Below are positions 1-10,484 of a stretch of 64,000 nucleotides of DNA, piece by piece (the stretch's first letter is position 1; every line of letters starts with the position of its first letter). Source of the DNA: Bacilli bacterium (lineage in GTDB: Bacteria > Bacillota_I > Bacilli_A > RF39 > UBA660). The position numbers were made by a program, and so were the translations under genes. The DNA is taken from NCBI GenBank assembly GCA_017528315.1, contig JAFXOW010000010.1, forward strand, positions 67,367 to 131,366, written 5' to 3'. Below the pieces are notes generated by a model. It searched no databases, was not told where the DNA came from, and saw only the letters and a list, made by a program, of their open reading frames with translations.

Positions 1-488
1 AATATATTGATAAAGTTGATATAAACCATCAGAATAATGAAGGTGACTCGATCATGCATATGTTAGCAAGTACTAATTATTTAATTGTTCGCGAAATGGT
101 AGATTCTGTGTTAAATAATAAGAATATTAATTTAAATTTAAAAAATAGTAAAGGTGAAACAATACTTGATAAAGCAATTAAAAGTAATTATTTATGTACC
201 ACAATTAAAATACTTGAACAAGACAGTTTTGAATCTATTGATATTTATTCTTTTAAAAAATTATATGATACGTATATAAAAAGTGATAATTATGGTGCTT
301 ATTCTAAATTATCTAATTTAGAAGTTATTCTTGATAGTATTGAAAATAAAAAATTAATACCTAAAATAAGAAAATTAGTTTATTTAATTGAAAATAATAA
401 AAATAAAATTGAAGATGATTTTATGAAGATGAAAACAGGGAAGATAGATCGTTTGATTAATAGAGTTATAAAAGAAGTTGTAAATTAA
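1..488 (+). CDS. ankyrin-repeat-like protein (5' partial; reading frame is open from window start)
   Basis: Frame 3 is open from position 3. Ankyrin-like motifs NNEGDSIMHMLAS and NSKGETILDKAIKSNYL. ATG at 54 is internal. Confidence 0.45.
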   Translation, partial: YIDKVDINHQNNEGDSIMHMLASTNYLIVREMVDSVLNNKNINLNLKNSKGETILDKAIKSNYLCTTIKILEQDSFESIDIYSFKKLYDTYIKSDNYGAYSKLSNLEVILDSIENKKLIPKIRKLVYLIENNKNKIEDDFMKMKTGKIDRLINRVIKEVVN

Positions 489-544
489 TAGTTCAAAAGA
501 ACTATTTTTTTCGTATAAAAAAAATAATTTAATCCATATTATAA

Positions 545-1117
545 ATGGTGATGATTATGAAAAAGAAAAGAATATTAAGTTTATTTTTATTGTTAATAGG
601 AAGTTTTATGTTAATAACAGGATGTGAAACTAATTTAATGAATACTCCTACTAAAAGAGTTGAAACGATGTTAAATAATTATATAACGTTAAATAGTGAT
701 GTTTTAGATGACTTGGATGAAACAATAGTAGCTGATACTAGTATGACGGAAAGTCAAAAGAATGAATATAGAGATGTTATAAAGAAACTATATCAAAATA
801 TGGCTTATGAAATAAAAAATGAAACAATTGATGGAGATATAGCAACGGTTGAAGTAGAAATTGAAGTATATAATTATAAAAAAATAATAGATGATGCAAA
901 TACTTATTTACAAAACAATCAAAGTGAATTTTTAACAAGTGATAATGCTATTGATATAGCAAAGTTTAATGATTATAAAATAGCAGAACTAAAAAAGGCT
1001 AAGGATAAAGTAACTTATACTTTAAATTTAACTTTAAGAATTGTTGATGGAACTTGGACTTTAGATAATTTAACAGATACCGAGATTAGTAAAATACATG
1101 GTATGTATGAGGCTTAG
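545..1117 (+). CDS. lipoprotein (hypothetical)
   Basis: N-terminal signal peptide with lipobox LITGC. RBS upstream. Confidence 0.5.
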   Translation: MVMIMKKKRILSLFLLLIGSFMLITGCETNLMNTPTKRVETMLNNYITLNSDVLDDLDETIVADTSMTESQKNEYRDVIKKLYQNMAYEIKNETIDGDIATVEVEIEVYNYKKIIDDANTYLQNNQSEFLTSDNAIDIAKFNDYKIAELKKAKDKVTYTLNLTLRIVDGTWTLDNLTDTEISKIHGMYEA

Positions 1118-1187
1118 AAATAAGTCTTTTTTTTGTTGTAAAAAATAAAAGAATAGTATATAATATATTTCAATAAATGGAGGTAGT

Positions 1188-1733
1188 ATGGATTTAAATG
1201 AAAAAATTAGGAAATTAGAACAATTAAAATATTTAATGGAAAGAAAAATGAATTTTATTCAAGAACATCAAAAAGAATTGATATTGTTAGAAGGAGAATA
1301 TGATAAGTTAAAAGAAATGGAACTTCCAATTTTACTTTTTATAACTAAAATAAACCCTGAAGAAATATATCAAGAAAAAGATTATGAATTTAATTATAGA
1401 TATCAGAATGTTTATTATTTTCCTGATTTAAATATTATTAAAACTAATATAGAATATGGAAGTATGAATATATTACCTAATACAATTGATTTAACTGATA
1501 GTTTTAAAGATTTAGGTATTCCAAAGACATCTATGAGGACATGCTTTGGAGACTATTATGAAATTATTAATAAAGCTTCTATTATTGTGCGAAATATTTT
1601 AGGAAATATATTAGAAAATAATGCAATTAATTCCTGGAATGAATTAAGAAATTATATGGTAAGTAATAAAGATGAAATATCTTTTAAAATTAAACAAGAA
1701 TTAGATGAAAGTACAAAAATAAAGCAAAAATAA
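1188..1733 (+). CDS. hypothetical protein
   Basis: ORF with RBS aatggaggtagt upstream. No recognisable motifs. Confidence 0.4.
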   Translation: MDLNEKIRKLEQLKYLMERKMNFIQEHQKELILLEGEYDKLKEMELPILLFITKINPEEIYQEKDYEFNYRYQNVYYFPDLNIIKTNIEYGSMNILPNTIDLTDSFKDLGIPKTSMRTCFGDYYEIINKASIIVRNILGNILENNAINSWNELRNYMVSNKDEISFKIKQELDESTKIKQK

Positions 1734-1754
1734 TAAAAAAAAGTTAAAAAACAC

Positions 1755-1783
1755 TTGCAAAATTAAGCGTTTACGTGTATATT
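1755..1783 (+). promoter_or_regulatory. sigma-A-type promoter of rpsO (TTGCAA-17nt-TATATT) followed by structured leader
   Basis: -35/-10 hexamers with 17-nt spacer about 80 nt upstream of rpsO start. Confidence 0.4.
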
Positions 1784-1862
1784 ATTGGTAGTTACCAATT
1801 CATTGTTTTGGTTTCCTCAGACTGATACTCTGATTTGGTGGATATAGAAAAAGGAGGAAAAT

Positions 1863-2132
1863 ATGGCTTTAAGCAAAGAAAAGAAAACAAGTATTGTTGA
1901 AAAGTTTAGAAGAGATGAACACGATACTGGTTCAGTTGAAGTACAAGTTGCAATTTTAACTCAAGAAATAAATGCTTTAACAGAACACTTAAAAGTACAT
2001 ATTCACGATCATCATTCAAGACGTGGACTTTTAAAGAAAGTTGGTCAAAGAAAAAGTTTATTAAACTATTTAGCTAAAAAAGATGTTCAAAGATATCGTG
2101 AATTAATTAAAAAATTAGGATTAAGAAAATAA
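1863..2132 (+). CDS. rpsO: 30S ribosomal protein S15
   Basis: 89 aa. Strong similarity to S15 (…[23 protein letters not shown]…). Confidence 0.95.
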   Translation: MALSKEKKTSIVEKFRRDEHDTGSVEVQVAILTQEINALTEHLKVHIHDHHSRRGLLKKVGQRKSLLNYLAKKDVQRYRELIKKLGLRK

Positions 2133-2134
2133 GC

Positions 2135-2162
2135 AAGACACTTTTTTAGTGTCTTTATTTTT
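2135..2162 (+). terminator. rpsO-pnp intergenic hairpin (AAGACAC-loop-GTGTCTT + T-run), terminator/attenuator
   Basis: Perfect 7-bp inverted repeat followed by T-rich tract between rpsO and pnp. Confidence 0.5.
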
Positions 2163-2176
2163 AGGAAAGGATTTGT

Positions 2177-4336
2177 ATGAAGAAAGTATTTGAAAAAGAT
2201 TTTTATGGAAAGAAGATTATAGTTGAATTTGGTGAACTTGCTAAACAAGCTAATGGTGCAGTTTTAGTTCGTTTTAATGATACTGTTGTATTATCAACTG
2301 TTTGTTATTCAAGTGAAGCAAACTTATTAAGTGATTTCTTTCCACTTATGGTAATATATCAAGAAAAATTATATTCTGTTGGTAAGATTCCAGGAGGATT
2401 TATTAAAAGAGAAGGTAGACCAACTGAAGCAGCAACGCTTGCAGCTCGTGTTGTTGATAGAACAATGAGACCATTATTCCCAGAAGATTTCAGGAATGAA
2501 GTTCAGGTTGTTAATACCGTTATGTCAGTTGATCCTGATTCACCACCTGAGATGCCTGCGATGTTTGCGTCAAGCTTAGCAACTTCTATTTCTGAGGTTC
2601 CTTTTGATGGGCCAATTGCTGGAGTTAAAGTTGGACGTGTTAATGGAGAATTTATAATTAATCCAACCGTTTCTGAGGCTGATGCTAGTGATATTGATTT
2701 AACAGTAGCTGGAACTATTGATGCTATCAACATGGTTGAAGCTGGTAGTAAACAAGTATCAGAATCTGATATGTTAGATGCTTTAATGTTTGGTCATGAG
2801 GCAATTAAAGAGTTATGTAAGTTTGAGCAAGAAATAATTGCTGAAATAGGCAAAGAAAAAATAGATTATCCTCGTCTTGAAATAAGTGAAGAATTAAGGA
2901 TGAACGTTGATAATCTAATTAGAAATGATTTAGATAAAGCTTTGCGTATTATGGATAAACTTGAAAAATATGCTGCTATTGATAAAGTAAAAAATGATTT
3001 AGTAGAAAAATACAAGGAAGAAAATAGTGAATTAGATGAAAAAGAACTAAATGAATTAGTAGTAAAAGTTCAAAGGATATTTGCTGATATTGAGTATGAT
3101 TTATTTAGAAATATAACAGTTCTTGAGCATACAAGAAGTGATGGAAGAAAGATGGATGAAATAAGACCACTTTCAACTGATATAGATTTACTTCCAAGAA
3201 CTCATGGTAGTGCTTTGTTTACTCGTGGACAAACTCAAAGTTTATCCGTTACAACTTTAGGAGCTCTTGGAGAACATCAAATATTAGATGGATTAGATAT
3301 TGAAACCGAAAAAAGATTTATGTTGCATTACAATTTCCCAGCATTTTCAGTTGGTGAAACAGGAAGATATGGTTCACCTGGACGTCGTGAAATAGGTCAT
3401 GGAGCTTTAGGTGAAAGAGCTCTTGCTCAAGTTATTCCATCTGAAGATGAATTTCCTTATACTATTCGAGTGGTATCTGAAATACTTGAAAGTAATGGTT
3501 CATCAAGTCAAGCATCTATTTGTGCTGGTTGTATGAGTTTAATGGCAGCTGGAGTTCCAATTAAAGCACCAGTTGCAGGTATTGCTATGGGATTAATTAC
3601 AGCGGGAGATGATTATACCATTTTAACGGATATTCAAGGTATGGAAGATCATTTAGGAGATATGGACTTTAAAGTTGCTGGAACAAGAAATGGAATAGTT
3701 GCACTTCAGATGGATATAAAGATTAAAGGTGTAACTAAAGAAATACTTGAAAAAGCTTTAGCTCAAGCTAAAAAAGCTCGTATGGAAATCCTTGATAAAA
3801 TAGAAGAAACAATTAAAGAACCACGTCCTGAAGTATCACAGTATGCACCTAAGACAGTTAGCTTTATGATTGATCCAAATAAGATTAAAGAGGTAATTGG
3901 TAAAGGTGGAGAAATGATTACTAAAATCATTCTTGAAGCTAGTAATGTTACAGCAGTTAATGATGTAAATGCTGTTAAAGTTGATCTTGAAGATGATGGA
4001 CGCGTTATAATTTATCATACTGATAAAGAAATTATAGATAAAACTCGTAAGATGATTGAAGAAGTCATTCGTGAGGCTGAAGTTGGTAAGATTTACAATG
4101 CTAAAGTTGTTAAAATAGAAGACTTTGGTTGTTTTGTTCAAATTTGGCCAGGATGTGAAGGTCTTGTTCATATATCTGCACTTGCTCGTGAACATGTAAA
4201 GAAAGTAGAAGATGTTGTATCACTTGGAGATGAAATATTAGTTAAATGTTTAGGATATGATAAAAAAGGACGTTTAAATTTCTCAAGAAAAGATGCAATA
4301 GAACCAGTTAAAGAAAATAAAAAAGAAGAAAATTAA
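2177..4336 (+). CDS. pnp: polyribonucleotide nucleotidyltransferase (PNPase)
   Basis: 719 aa. Two RNase PH-like domains, KH and S1 domains at C-terminus. Conserved rpsO-pnp synteny. Confidence 0.95.
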   Translation: MKKVFEKDFYGKKIIVEFGELAKQANGAVLVRFNDTVVLSTVCYSSEANLLSDFFPLMVIYQEKLYSVGKIPGGFIKREGRPTEAATLAARVVDRTMRPLFPEDFRNEVQVVNTVMSVDPDSPPEMPAMFASSLATSISEVPFDGPIAGVKVGRVNGEFIINPTVSEADASDIDLTVAGTIDAINMVEAGSKQVSESDMLDALMFGHEAIKELCKFEQEIIAEIGKEKIDYPRLEISEELRMNVDNLIRNDLDKALRIMDKLEKYAAIDKVKNDLVEKYKEENSELDEKELNELVVKVQRIFADIEYDLFRNITVLEHTRSDGRKMDEIRPLSTDIDLLPRTHGSALFTRGQTQSLSVTTLGALGEHQILDGLDIETEKRFMLHYNFPAFSVGETGRYGSPGRREIGHGALGERALAQVIPSEDEFPYTIRVVSEILESNGSSSQASICAGCMSLMAAGVPIKAPVAGIAMGLITAGDDYTILTDIQGMEDHLGDMDFKVAGTRNGIVALQMDIKIKGVTKEILEKALAQAKKARMEILDKIEETIKEPRPEVSQYAPKTVSFMIDPNKIKEVIGKGGEMITKIILEASNVTAVNDVNAVKVDLEDDGRVIIYHTDKEIIDKTRKMIEEVIREAEVGKIYNAKVVKIEDFGCFVQIWPGCEGLVHISALAREHVKKVEDVVSLGDEILVKCLGYDKKGRLNFSRKDAIEPVKENKKEEN

Positions 4337-4349
4337 TTCTTCTTTCCTT

Positions 4350-4425
4350 GCTAAAATAGCTCAGTTGGTAGAGCAATCCTCTCGTAAGGGATAGGCCGCA
4401 GGTTCAAGTCCTGTTTTTAGCACCA
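4350..4425 (+). tRNA. tRNA-Thr (anticodon CGT)
   Basis: Cloverleaf folded by hand: acceptor GCTAAAA/TTTTAGC, D-arm GCTC-AGTTGGTA-GAGC, anticodon stem ATCCT/GGGAT with loop CTCGTAA, T-arm GCAGG-TTCAAGT-CCTGT, encoded CCA. Confidence 0.75.
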
Positions 4426-4460
4426 TAAGTTAATTATTCGAACCATGTTCGAATTATATA

Positions 4461-4496
4461 AAATGCACAATATTTTTGAAATATTGTGCATTTATC
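4461..4496. terminator. bidirectional hairpin terminator (AAATGCACAATATT...AATATTGTGCATTT)
   Basis: 14-bp inverted repeat between tRNA-Thr and the convergent gene 4529-5317. T-runs on both sides. Confidence 0.5.
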
Positions 4497-4528
4497 TTAT
4501 AACTTCCTATTTAATTAATAATAAAAAA

Positions 4529-5317
4529 TTATTGATTTTTAATATTTTTTATTTCATCTTTTTTAGAAGTAATATTATCAGTTTGAATTAAATAGGTTAT
4601 CATTAAAAAAGCATCATCATAGTATTTTTTTAATGTAATATTAGAAAAATTTTTATATTTCTTATCGATTTTATCTATTACACCCATTTTATTAATAATA
4701 AACTTAACTGTATTAAATATAGATGGATTATAAGATTTATATTTATCATAATCTAGGGATAAATAATCATATATTTTATTTAATATAATTCTTTTCATAT
4801 TAATTCCATTATTATTAATACTTGTATAAGAAAGAAGTAGTTCATAAATATCATTGGGAACTAATTCTCTTAAATCTTCATAATTAATATTTTTACTAGA
4901 AATAATTATTTTATCATCTAAATAGAAGGGTTCTAAATTGAAACTCTCTAATATTAAAGGAATATTATGAAAAATAATACTTTGACATAAAGTAGATAAT
5001 TTAGTTTTTTCATAATAAGATTTTATACTTTCCATTAAATATTCCATATTAAGAATAAATTCTAACATATTAATAAAAGCTGACTTAGTTATTTTTTTAC
5101 TTTTTAAATTAACACCAATAAATTCTAAATATGAATAGCAATCTAAAAAGGTATTTCGATATTTCCAATTATTAAATAGATAAGTATTTACATAATCAAA
5201 ATAAGTATATTCTTTTTTATTATAACTAACACATTTAGTATTTAAAACCTTAATTATTTTATTATATTCATCTTTATAAGATGTTTTATTATTTAAATTA
5301 AAAATAGGAGTTCTCAT
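4529..5317 (-). CDS. hypothetical protein (orphan, next to tRNA-Thr)
   Basis: 262-aa ORF, N/K/Y-rich, no recognisable motif. Confidence 0.4.
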   Translation of the reverse strand: MRTPIFNLNNKTSYKDEYNKIIKVLNTKCVSYNKKEYTYFDYVNTYLFNNWKYRNTFLDCYSYLEFIGVNLKSKKITKSAFINMLEFILNMEYLMESIKSYYEKTKLSTLCQSIIFHNIPLILESFNLEPFYLDDKIIISSKNINYEDLRELVPNDIYELLLSYTSINNNGINMKRIILNKIYDYLSLDYDKYKSYNPSIFNTVKFIINKMGVIDKIDKKYKNFSNITLKKYYDDAFLMITYLIQTDNITSKKDEIKNIKNQ

Positions 5318-5507
5318 ATTATCACCTGCATATTTTTTAAAGTTTATTTATTACATATTAATTATATAATATATTTCTTTTTTTTAATAGGATAAATTCA
5401 TTTATTTTACATTATTTAGATAATTATTAAAAATAAAGAAAAATATTAAGAAATGTGGTAAAATAATTTATGAAAAGATATTTATAACATTTAAAAGGAG
5501 AAGTTTT

Positions 5508-5948
5508 ATGGATAATAATTTAAAAAGAGAAATAATTATAGATAATTATGAGAATCCTTTTCATAAGAAAAAGGTAGATAATAAAGATTTTATAAAAGCT
5601 AATACGCATAATGAATCTTGTATAGATAATATAGATTTATTTGTTAAAGTAGAAGATGGAGTTATAGTAGATGCATATTTTGATGGAGAGGCTTGTGCTA
5701 TTACTACCAGTGCCACTAGTATAATGCTAAAAAATATTATAGGTATGAAAGTAGATGATGCTCGGGTATTAATGAAAGAATATTATCATATGATTAATGA
5801 AGAAGAATATGATAGAGATATGCTTAATGAGTTAAATGCTTATTTTGATATAGGAAAACAAGCTAGTCGAATTAAATGTGCAACTTTACCATTTCAAACT
5901 TTAGAAAAAACTATTAAAATTTATGAAGGAGTAGGAAATGAAAAATAG
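5508..5948 (+). CDS. Fe-S cluster assembly scaffold, SufU/NifU-like
   Basis: 146 aa. NifU-N-like pattern (NPxH…ESCIDNIDLFVKVEDGVIVDAYFDGEACAITTSATS…) with three conserved Cys. Confidence 0.6.
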   Translation: MDNNLKREIIIDNYENPFHKKKVDNKDFIKANTHNESCIDNIDLFVKVEDGVIVDAYFDGEACAITTSATSIMLKNIIGMKVDDARVLMKEYYHMINEEEYDRDMLNELNAYFDIGKQASRIKCATLPFQTLEKTIKIYEGVGNEK

Positions 5949-6579
5949 AGATTTATTTAAAACGGAAAATAGTCTAGCTGATAAATATATAAAGAGTTTT
6001 ACATATCCATTTGAAATATTACCACATATTGGGGAAATAATTATGGAAATTGGTAAAACTTTAGGAGATGATTATTATTTGAAGAATGAGAATATTTGGA
6101 TACATAAAAGTATTAAATTACCTGAATATTGTACAATAAATGGTCCTTGTATAATAGATTCTAATGTAGAGATTAGACCATCTGCTTATATAAGAGGTAA
6201 TGTTATTATTGGAAAAAATTCTGTAATAGGAAACTCTTGTGAAATAAAAAATACTATTCTTTATGATAATGTAGAAGTTCCTCATTTTAATTATGTAGGT
6301 GATTCAATTTTAGGATTTAAGAGTCATTTAGGAGCTGGTAGTATTATTTCTAATTTGAAAAGTACTAAAGAGAGTGTTGTAATAGATGAAATGGAGACTA
6401 ATTTAAGAAAAGTTGGAGCTTTTTTAGGAGATTATGTGGAAATTGGATGTAATGCAGTTTTAACACCAGGAACTATTGTTGGATCTAATACCATAATATA
6501 TCCACTTACAATGGTAAGAGGAATAATATCTGAGAATAAAATAGTTAAAAATATGAATAATATAGTAGAGAGGATTTAA
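5938..6579 (+). CDS. hexapeptide-repeat (left-handed beta-helix) acyl/acetyltransferase-like protein, GlmU C-terminal-like
   Basis: 213 aa with repeated [LIV]GxxxxI hexapeptide pattern. Overlaps upstream gene by 11 nt and is immediately followed by glmM. Confidence 0.5.
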   Translation: MKNRDLFKTENSLADKYIKSFTYPFEILPHIGEIIMEIGKTLGDDYYLKNENIWIHKSIKLPEYCTINGPCIIDSNVEIRPSAYIRGNVIIGKNSVIGNSCEIKNTILYDNVEVPHFNYVGDSILGFKSHLGAGSIISNLKSTKESVVIDEMETNLRKVGAFLGDYVEIGCNAVLTPGTIVGSNTIIYPLTMVRGIISENKIVKNMNNIVERI

Positions 6580-6581
6580 TA

Positions 6582-7904
6582 ATGAAGTTATTTGGAACTG
6601 ATGGAGTAAGAGGTTTAGTAAATAGTGAATTAGATGTAACTTTAGCTTTAAAGCTTGGAATTAGTGTTGCTCATATTTTAAAAAATAAATTAAATAAAGA
6701 TAAACTAACATTCTTAATTGGAGGAGATACTAGGGTTTCTCATGATATGTTAAAGTCTGGACTTACCTCAGGATTCTTAAGTGAAGGGTGTAATATTATT
6801 GATACTGGCATTATTCCGACTCCAGCTATATCTTATTTGATTACCAAATATCATTATGATGGCGGATTTGTTATCAGTGCTAGTCACAATCCGGGGGAAT
6901 ATAATGGTATTAAAGTATTTGGAAATAACGGTATAAAACTTGATGATAAAATAGAAGAAGAAATAGAAGATTATTTACTAAATAATTTTAAAGTTAATAA
7001 AAATATAAATGAAGTAGGAAAATTAGAAATTAAAGATTTAAAAAATGATTATGTAGAATTTTTAAGAAGTACTATTGATGTAAATCATATACCATATAAA
7101 GTTTTAATTGATGTTGCAAATGGTGCTTCATTTAAGACTGCTGATATGTTGTTTTCTAAATTAAATATAGATTATACCATTATTAATAATAATATAGATG
7201 GTTATAATATAAATAATAATTGTGGTTCTACTCATTTAGAAAATTTACAAGAAAAAGTTGTAACAGATAAATATGATTTAGGAATTGCTTATGATGGAGA
7301 TGCTGATAGATGTTTATTTGTCGATGAAAATGGGGAAATTGTTGATGGTGATTATGTTTTAGCAATTGTATCTCATTATCAAAAGCTTTCAAGTATAGTT
7401 GGAACTATAATGTCTAATCTTGGACTTATAAAATATGCTCGTGAAAATAATATTGAATTTATAGCTACAAAAGTTGGAGATAGATATGTATTAGAAGAAA
7501 TGCTTAAAAATAAAGAAGTACTTGGAGGGGAACAAAGTGGTCATATTATATTTAAAAATTATTTAACAACCGGTGATGGAGAACTTACGTCTTTACAAAT
7601 CTTAAATATTATGACATATAGTAAAAAGAAATTATCTGAATTAAAAAGCATTATGAAAAAATGTCCTCAAGTGTTAGTAAATCTTAAAGTAACTAGAGAA
7701 CAAAAAGATAGATTTGATGATAATAAAAGCGTACAAGAATTAATAAAAAAATATACTGAAGAGTTAGGAGAAAATGGTCGCATAGTTGTAAGAAAAAGTG
7801 GAACGGAAAATTTAATTCGAATTATGATTGAAGGAACTAGTTTAGAAGAAATTACTAGAAAAGCTAATACTTTAAAAACTGAAATAGAAAAGTTGATTAA
7901 TTAA
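6582..7904 (+). CDS. glmM: phosphoglucosamine mutase
   Basis: 440 aa. Phosphohexomutase active-site SASHNP and GGEQSGH motifs. Confidence 0.9.
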   Translation: MKLFGTDGVRGLVNSELDVTLALKLGISVAHILKNKLNKDKLTFLIGGDTRVSHDMLKSGLTSGFLSEGCNIIDTGIIPTPAISYLITKYHYDGGFVISASHNPGEYNGIKVFGNNGIKLDDKIEEEIEDYLLNNFKVNKNINEVGKLEIKDLKNDYVEFLRSTIDVNHIPYKVLIDVANGASFKTADMLFSKLNIDYTIINNNIDGYNINNNCGSTHLENLQEKVVTDKYDLGIAYDGDADRCLFVDENGEIVDGDYVLAIVSHYQKLSSIVGTIMSNLGLIKYARENNIEFIATKVGDRYVLEEMLKNKEVLGGEQSGHIIFKNYLTTGDGELTSLQILNIMTYSKKKLSELKSIMKKCPQVLVNLKVTREQKDRFDDNKSVQELIKKYTEELGENGRIVVRKSGTENLIRIMIEGTSLEEITRKANTLKTEIEKLIN

Positions 7905-7956
7905 ATATTTTATAGTATAATATTTTTGTCTTTAATAAAGTTGGAGGAATAAAAAT

Positions 7957-8433
7957 ATGAAATTTTTAAGAAAAAATAAATATGCCATATTGGCAATTAT
8001 TGTTTTAATTATATTAGTAATTTTAGGCATGAAAGTAAAAGATTTATTGGTACCAGATGAGGGAAAGGCAGCCTATGGACAAAGACTTGATGATATAAAA
8101 AATCATCCATTAGGCGATAAATTGTTTGAAGATATTACTAGTAAAATTAAAGAAGATGAAAAAGTTTTGGAAGTTACTCATTATGTTCATGGAAAAATTA
8201 TTAATTTAATTATTACGGTAAATGATGAAATGGATGTTCAAACTGCTAAATCTTTAGCTAATAGTACTATTAGTTTATTTAGCAATAATGAATTATCTTA
8301 TTATTCATTACAAGTGTATGTTAAGAAAACTAATGCAAGTTTAAATAATTTTCCGATTGTTGGATATAAAGGAACAGAAGCAACAGAGTTATCATTTACT
8401 AAAGATCGTGATATAACTTCAAATGAGGGATAA
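7957..8433 (+). CDS. membrane-anchored hypothetical protein
   Basis: N-terminal TM helix followed by a soluble domain. RBS ggaggaat upstream. Confidence 0.4.
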   Translation: MKFLRKNKYAILAIIVLIILVILGMKVKDLLVPDEGKAAYGQRLDDIKNHPLGDKLFEDITSKIKEDEKVLEVTHYVHGKIINLIITVNDEMDVQTAKSLANSTISLFSNNELSYYSLQVYVKKTNASLNNFPIVGYKGTEATELSFTKDRDITSNEG

Positions 8434-8435
8434 AT

Positions 8436-10484
8436 ATGAAAAATAGAAAAAAATTATTTATTTTTGCTATAGTAGTAGCAATAGTTTTATTTATTGCCCT
8501 TTTCTTTATTTATTATTATCATGAATCAAGTTTACTTGATTCAAATGATAAAAAATGGATCAATGAAAATGGTAAAAAGAAAATTGATGTTGAAGTTTTT
8601 AATGATGTATCAGTTTTTGGAGTAGATGGAAATGGTGTAATATTTGATATTTTAAATTATATTGAAGATGAAACATCATTGCAGTTTAACAAAATACCTT
8701 ATTCTAAAGAAAATGGGACAACTGGTAATACTTATAAATTTGAACTTGTAGATGGAGCAGTAGCACTTGATTCTAATAAATTAAGTTTATATGAAGATAA
8801 TTATATTGCTATTGGAAAAAAAGAAATAGAAGTTAATAATATTTCGGATTTTAATGGGTATACTATAGGTGTTTTAAAACTAGATGAATCTAATATAAGT
8901 TATTATTTAAAAAGTGTTGATAATATTAAGTATAATTCTTATGAGACATATACAGAGCTATTTCAAGCACTTGATGATGGAGAAATAAATTTTGGAATAG
9001 TATCATATATTGAAACTTTAAATAAAACTATAAATAACAGTGAGTACTATTTAAATTATTTCTTTACAGATATTAATAAAAAAATAGTTTTAACTCTTGA
9101 TAATAATAATTCTGGATTAAATTCTATTATAACTAAATATTTTAATAACTTTTTAGAAAACTATTATGTATCAGATTATAATAAGTTATTATTGAATTAT
9201 TATATCGATAAAAATGATATAAATGATAAAACAAAAACGGATTTATTAAGTAAGACTTATGTTTATGGATATGTTGAAAATGTTCCATATGAAATAACAA
9301 ATGGCTCTCGTGTAAATGGGATAGCTTTAGAATATATTAATCGTATAGAAAGACTTACTGATATTGATTTTACTTATAAAAAATATAATACAATAGATGA
9401 CTTAAATAAAGCTATTAATACGGGGAATGTGGATATTTATTTTGATTATATTGAAAATCAAAATAGTAAATATTTAAAAACTGTTTCACCATTTATTGAA
9501 AGTTTTGTAGTTCTTGGAAGAATTAGTGATGAATATGTTATTACTTCTTTAGAATCTTTAAAAGGAAAAACTGTTTCATTGTTATCAAATAATAAATATT
9601 TAACTAGTTATATAAAAAATAGTACGATGGCTAATGTTAAAAATTTTAATAATGTAAAAGATTTAGTTAAAAATTCTAAAAATGATAAAAATATAATAAT
9701 TCTTGATAAGGAGGTATATACTTATTATAAAAATAAAGAATTAAAAGATTATGAAATATTATATACCAATATTATGACTAATAATTATTCATTTATGGTT
9801 AAAAGTGATAATGATTCTTTCTTTAAATTATTTAATTATATAATAAATACTAATTCTTATTATAATTATCGTAATATGGGATTTAATAATTTAAATACAT
9901 CTATTTTAAAGACGACTAGTTTTGAAGAAACTTATTTATTAATCTTAGCAATTATATTAATTCCTATTATATTAGGTGTTCTTGTATTTGCTTATATTAA
10001 AAACCGTCATAAATTAAGATTGGTAAAAAAAGAAGATCGTAAAAAGTACACAGATATGTTAACATCTTTAAAAAATAGAAATTATTTAAACTTGCAAATT
10101 GATACATGGAATATGAGTAGAGTATATCCTCAAACAATAGTAGTAGTGGATTTAAATAATCTTAAATATATAAATGATAATTATGGAAGAGAAAAGGGAG
10201 ACAACTTAATTGTTAGAGCAGCTAGTATGCTCGTTAATACTCAACTAGAAAATAGTGAAATTATTAGAACTGATGGAACAGAATTTATTATTTATTTAGT
10301 TGGATATACTGAAAATCAAATAGAAATATATACCAATAAACTTCGTAAAGAATTAGCTGAACTTCCATATGGATATGGAGCATCAGTTGGATCTAGTATG
10401 ATATTTGATAATATTAAAACAATAGATGATGCTATAAATGAAGCAATGATTGATATGCAAAGTGATAAAGAGAGTTATAGATAA
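8436..10484 (+). CDS. membrane sensor protein with tandem extracytoplasmic solute-binding-like domains and degenerate GGDEF domain (DGTEF)
   Basis: 682 aa. N-terminal TM, second TM about residue 500. C-terminal GGDEF fold (…LKNRNYL…VVVDLNNLKYINDNYGREKGDNLI…RTDGTEF…). Signature is DGTEF instead of GG(D/E)EF. Confidence 0.65.
   Translation: MKNRKKLFIFAIVVAIVLFIALFFIYYYHESSLLDSNDKKWINENGKKKIDVEVFNDVSVFGVDGNGVIFDILNYIEDETSLQFNKIPYSKENGTTGNTYKFELVDGAVALDSNKLSLYEDNYIAIGKKEIEVNNISDFNGYTIGVLKLDESNISYYLKSVDNIKYNSYETYTELFQALDDGEINFGIVSYIETLNKTINNSEYYLNYFFTDINKKIVLTLDNNNSGLNSIITKYFNNFLENYYVSDYNKLLLNYYIDKNDINDKTKTDLLSKTYVYGYVENVPYEITNGSRVNGIALEYINRIERLTDIDFTYKKYNTIDDLNKAINTGNVDIYFDYIENQNSKYLKTVSPFIESFVVLGRISDEYVITSLESLKGKTVSLLSNNKYLTSYIKNSTMANVKNFNNVKDLVKNSKNDKNIIILDKEVYTYYKNKELKDYEILYTNIMTNNYSFMVKSDNDSFFKLFNYIINTNSYYNYRNMGFNNLNTSILKTTSFEETYLLILAIILIPIILGVLVFAYIKNRHKLRLVKKEDRKKYTDMLTSLKNRNYLNLQIDTWNMSRVYPQTIVVVDLNNLKYINDNYGREKGDNLIVRAASMLVNTQLENSEIIRTDGTEFIIYLVGYTENQIEIYTNKLRKELAELPYGYGASVGSSMIFDNIKTIDDAINEAMIDMQSDKESYR

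Noticed and set aside
2503-2733. Antisense ORFs inside well-supported genes (2503-2733 in pnp; 3836-4195 in pnp; 51268-51714 across rplN-rplX; 47402-47614 and 47664-47879 in rplD; 54631-54825 in rplO; 60535-60751 and 61100-61444 in the Big_2 gene; 12545-12754, 19782-20051, 21721-22026, 24027-24314, 30809-31018, 33469-33660, 38690-38911, 44367-44603, 45721-45942, 46548-46736, 52353-52559, 55304-55504, 58311-58502)
   Set aside because: They overlap strongly conserved coding sequence on the other strand or in another frame, have low-complexity composition and no RBS. They are artefacts of AT-rich sequence.
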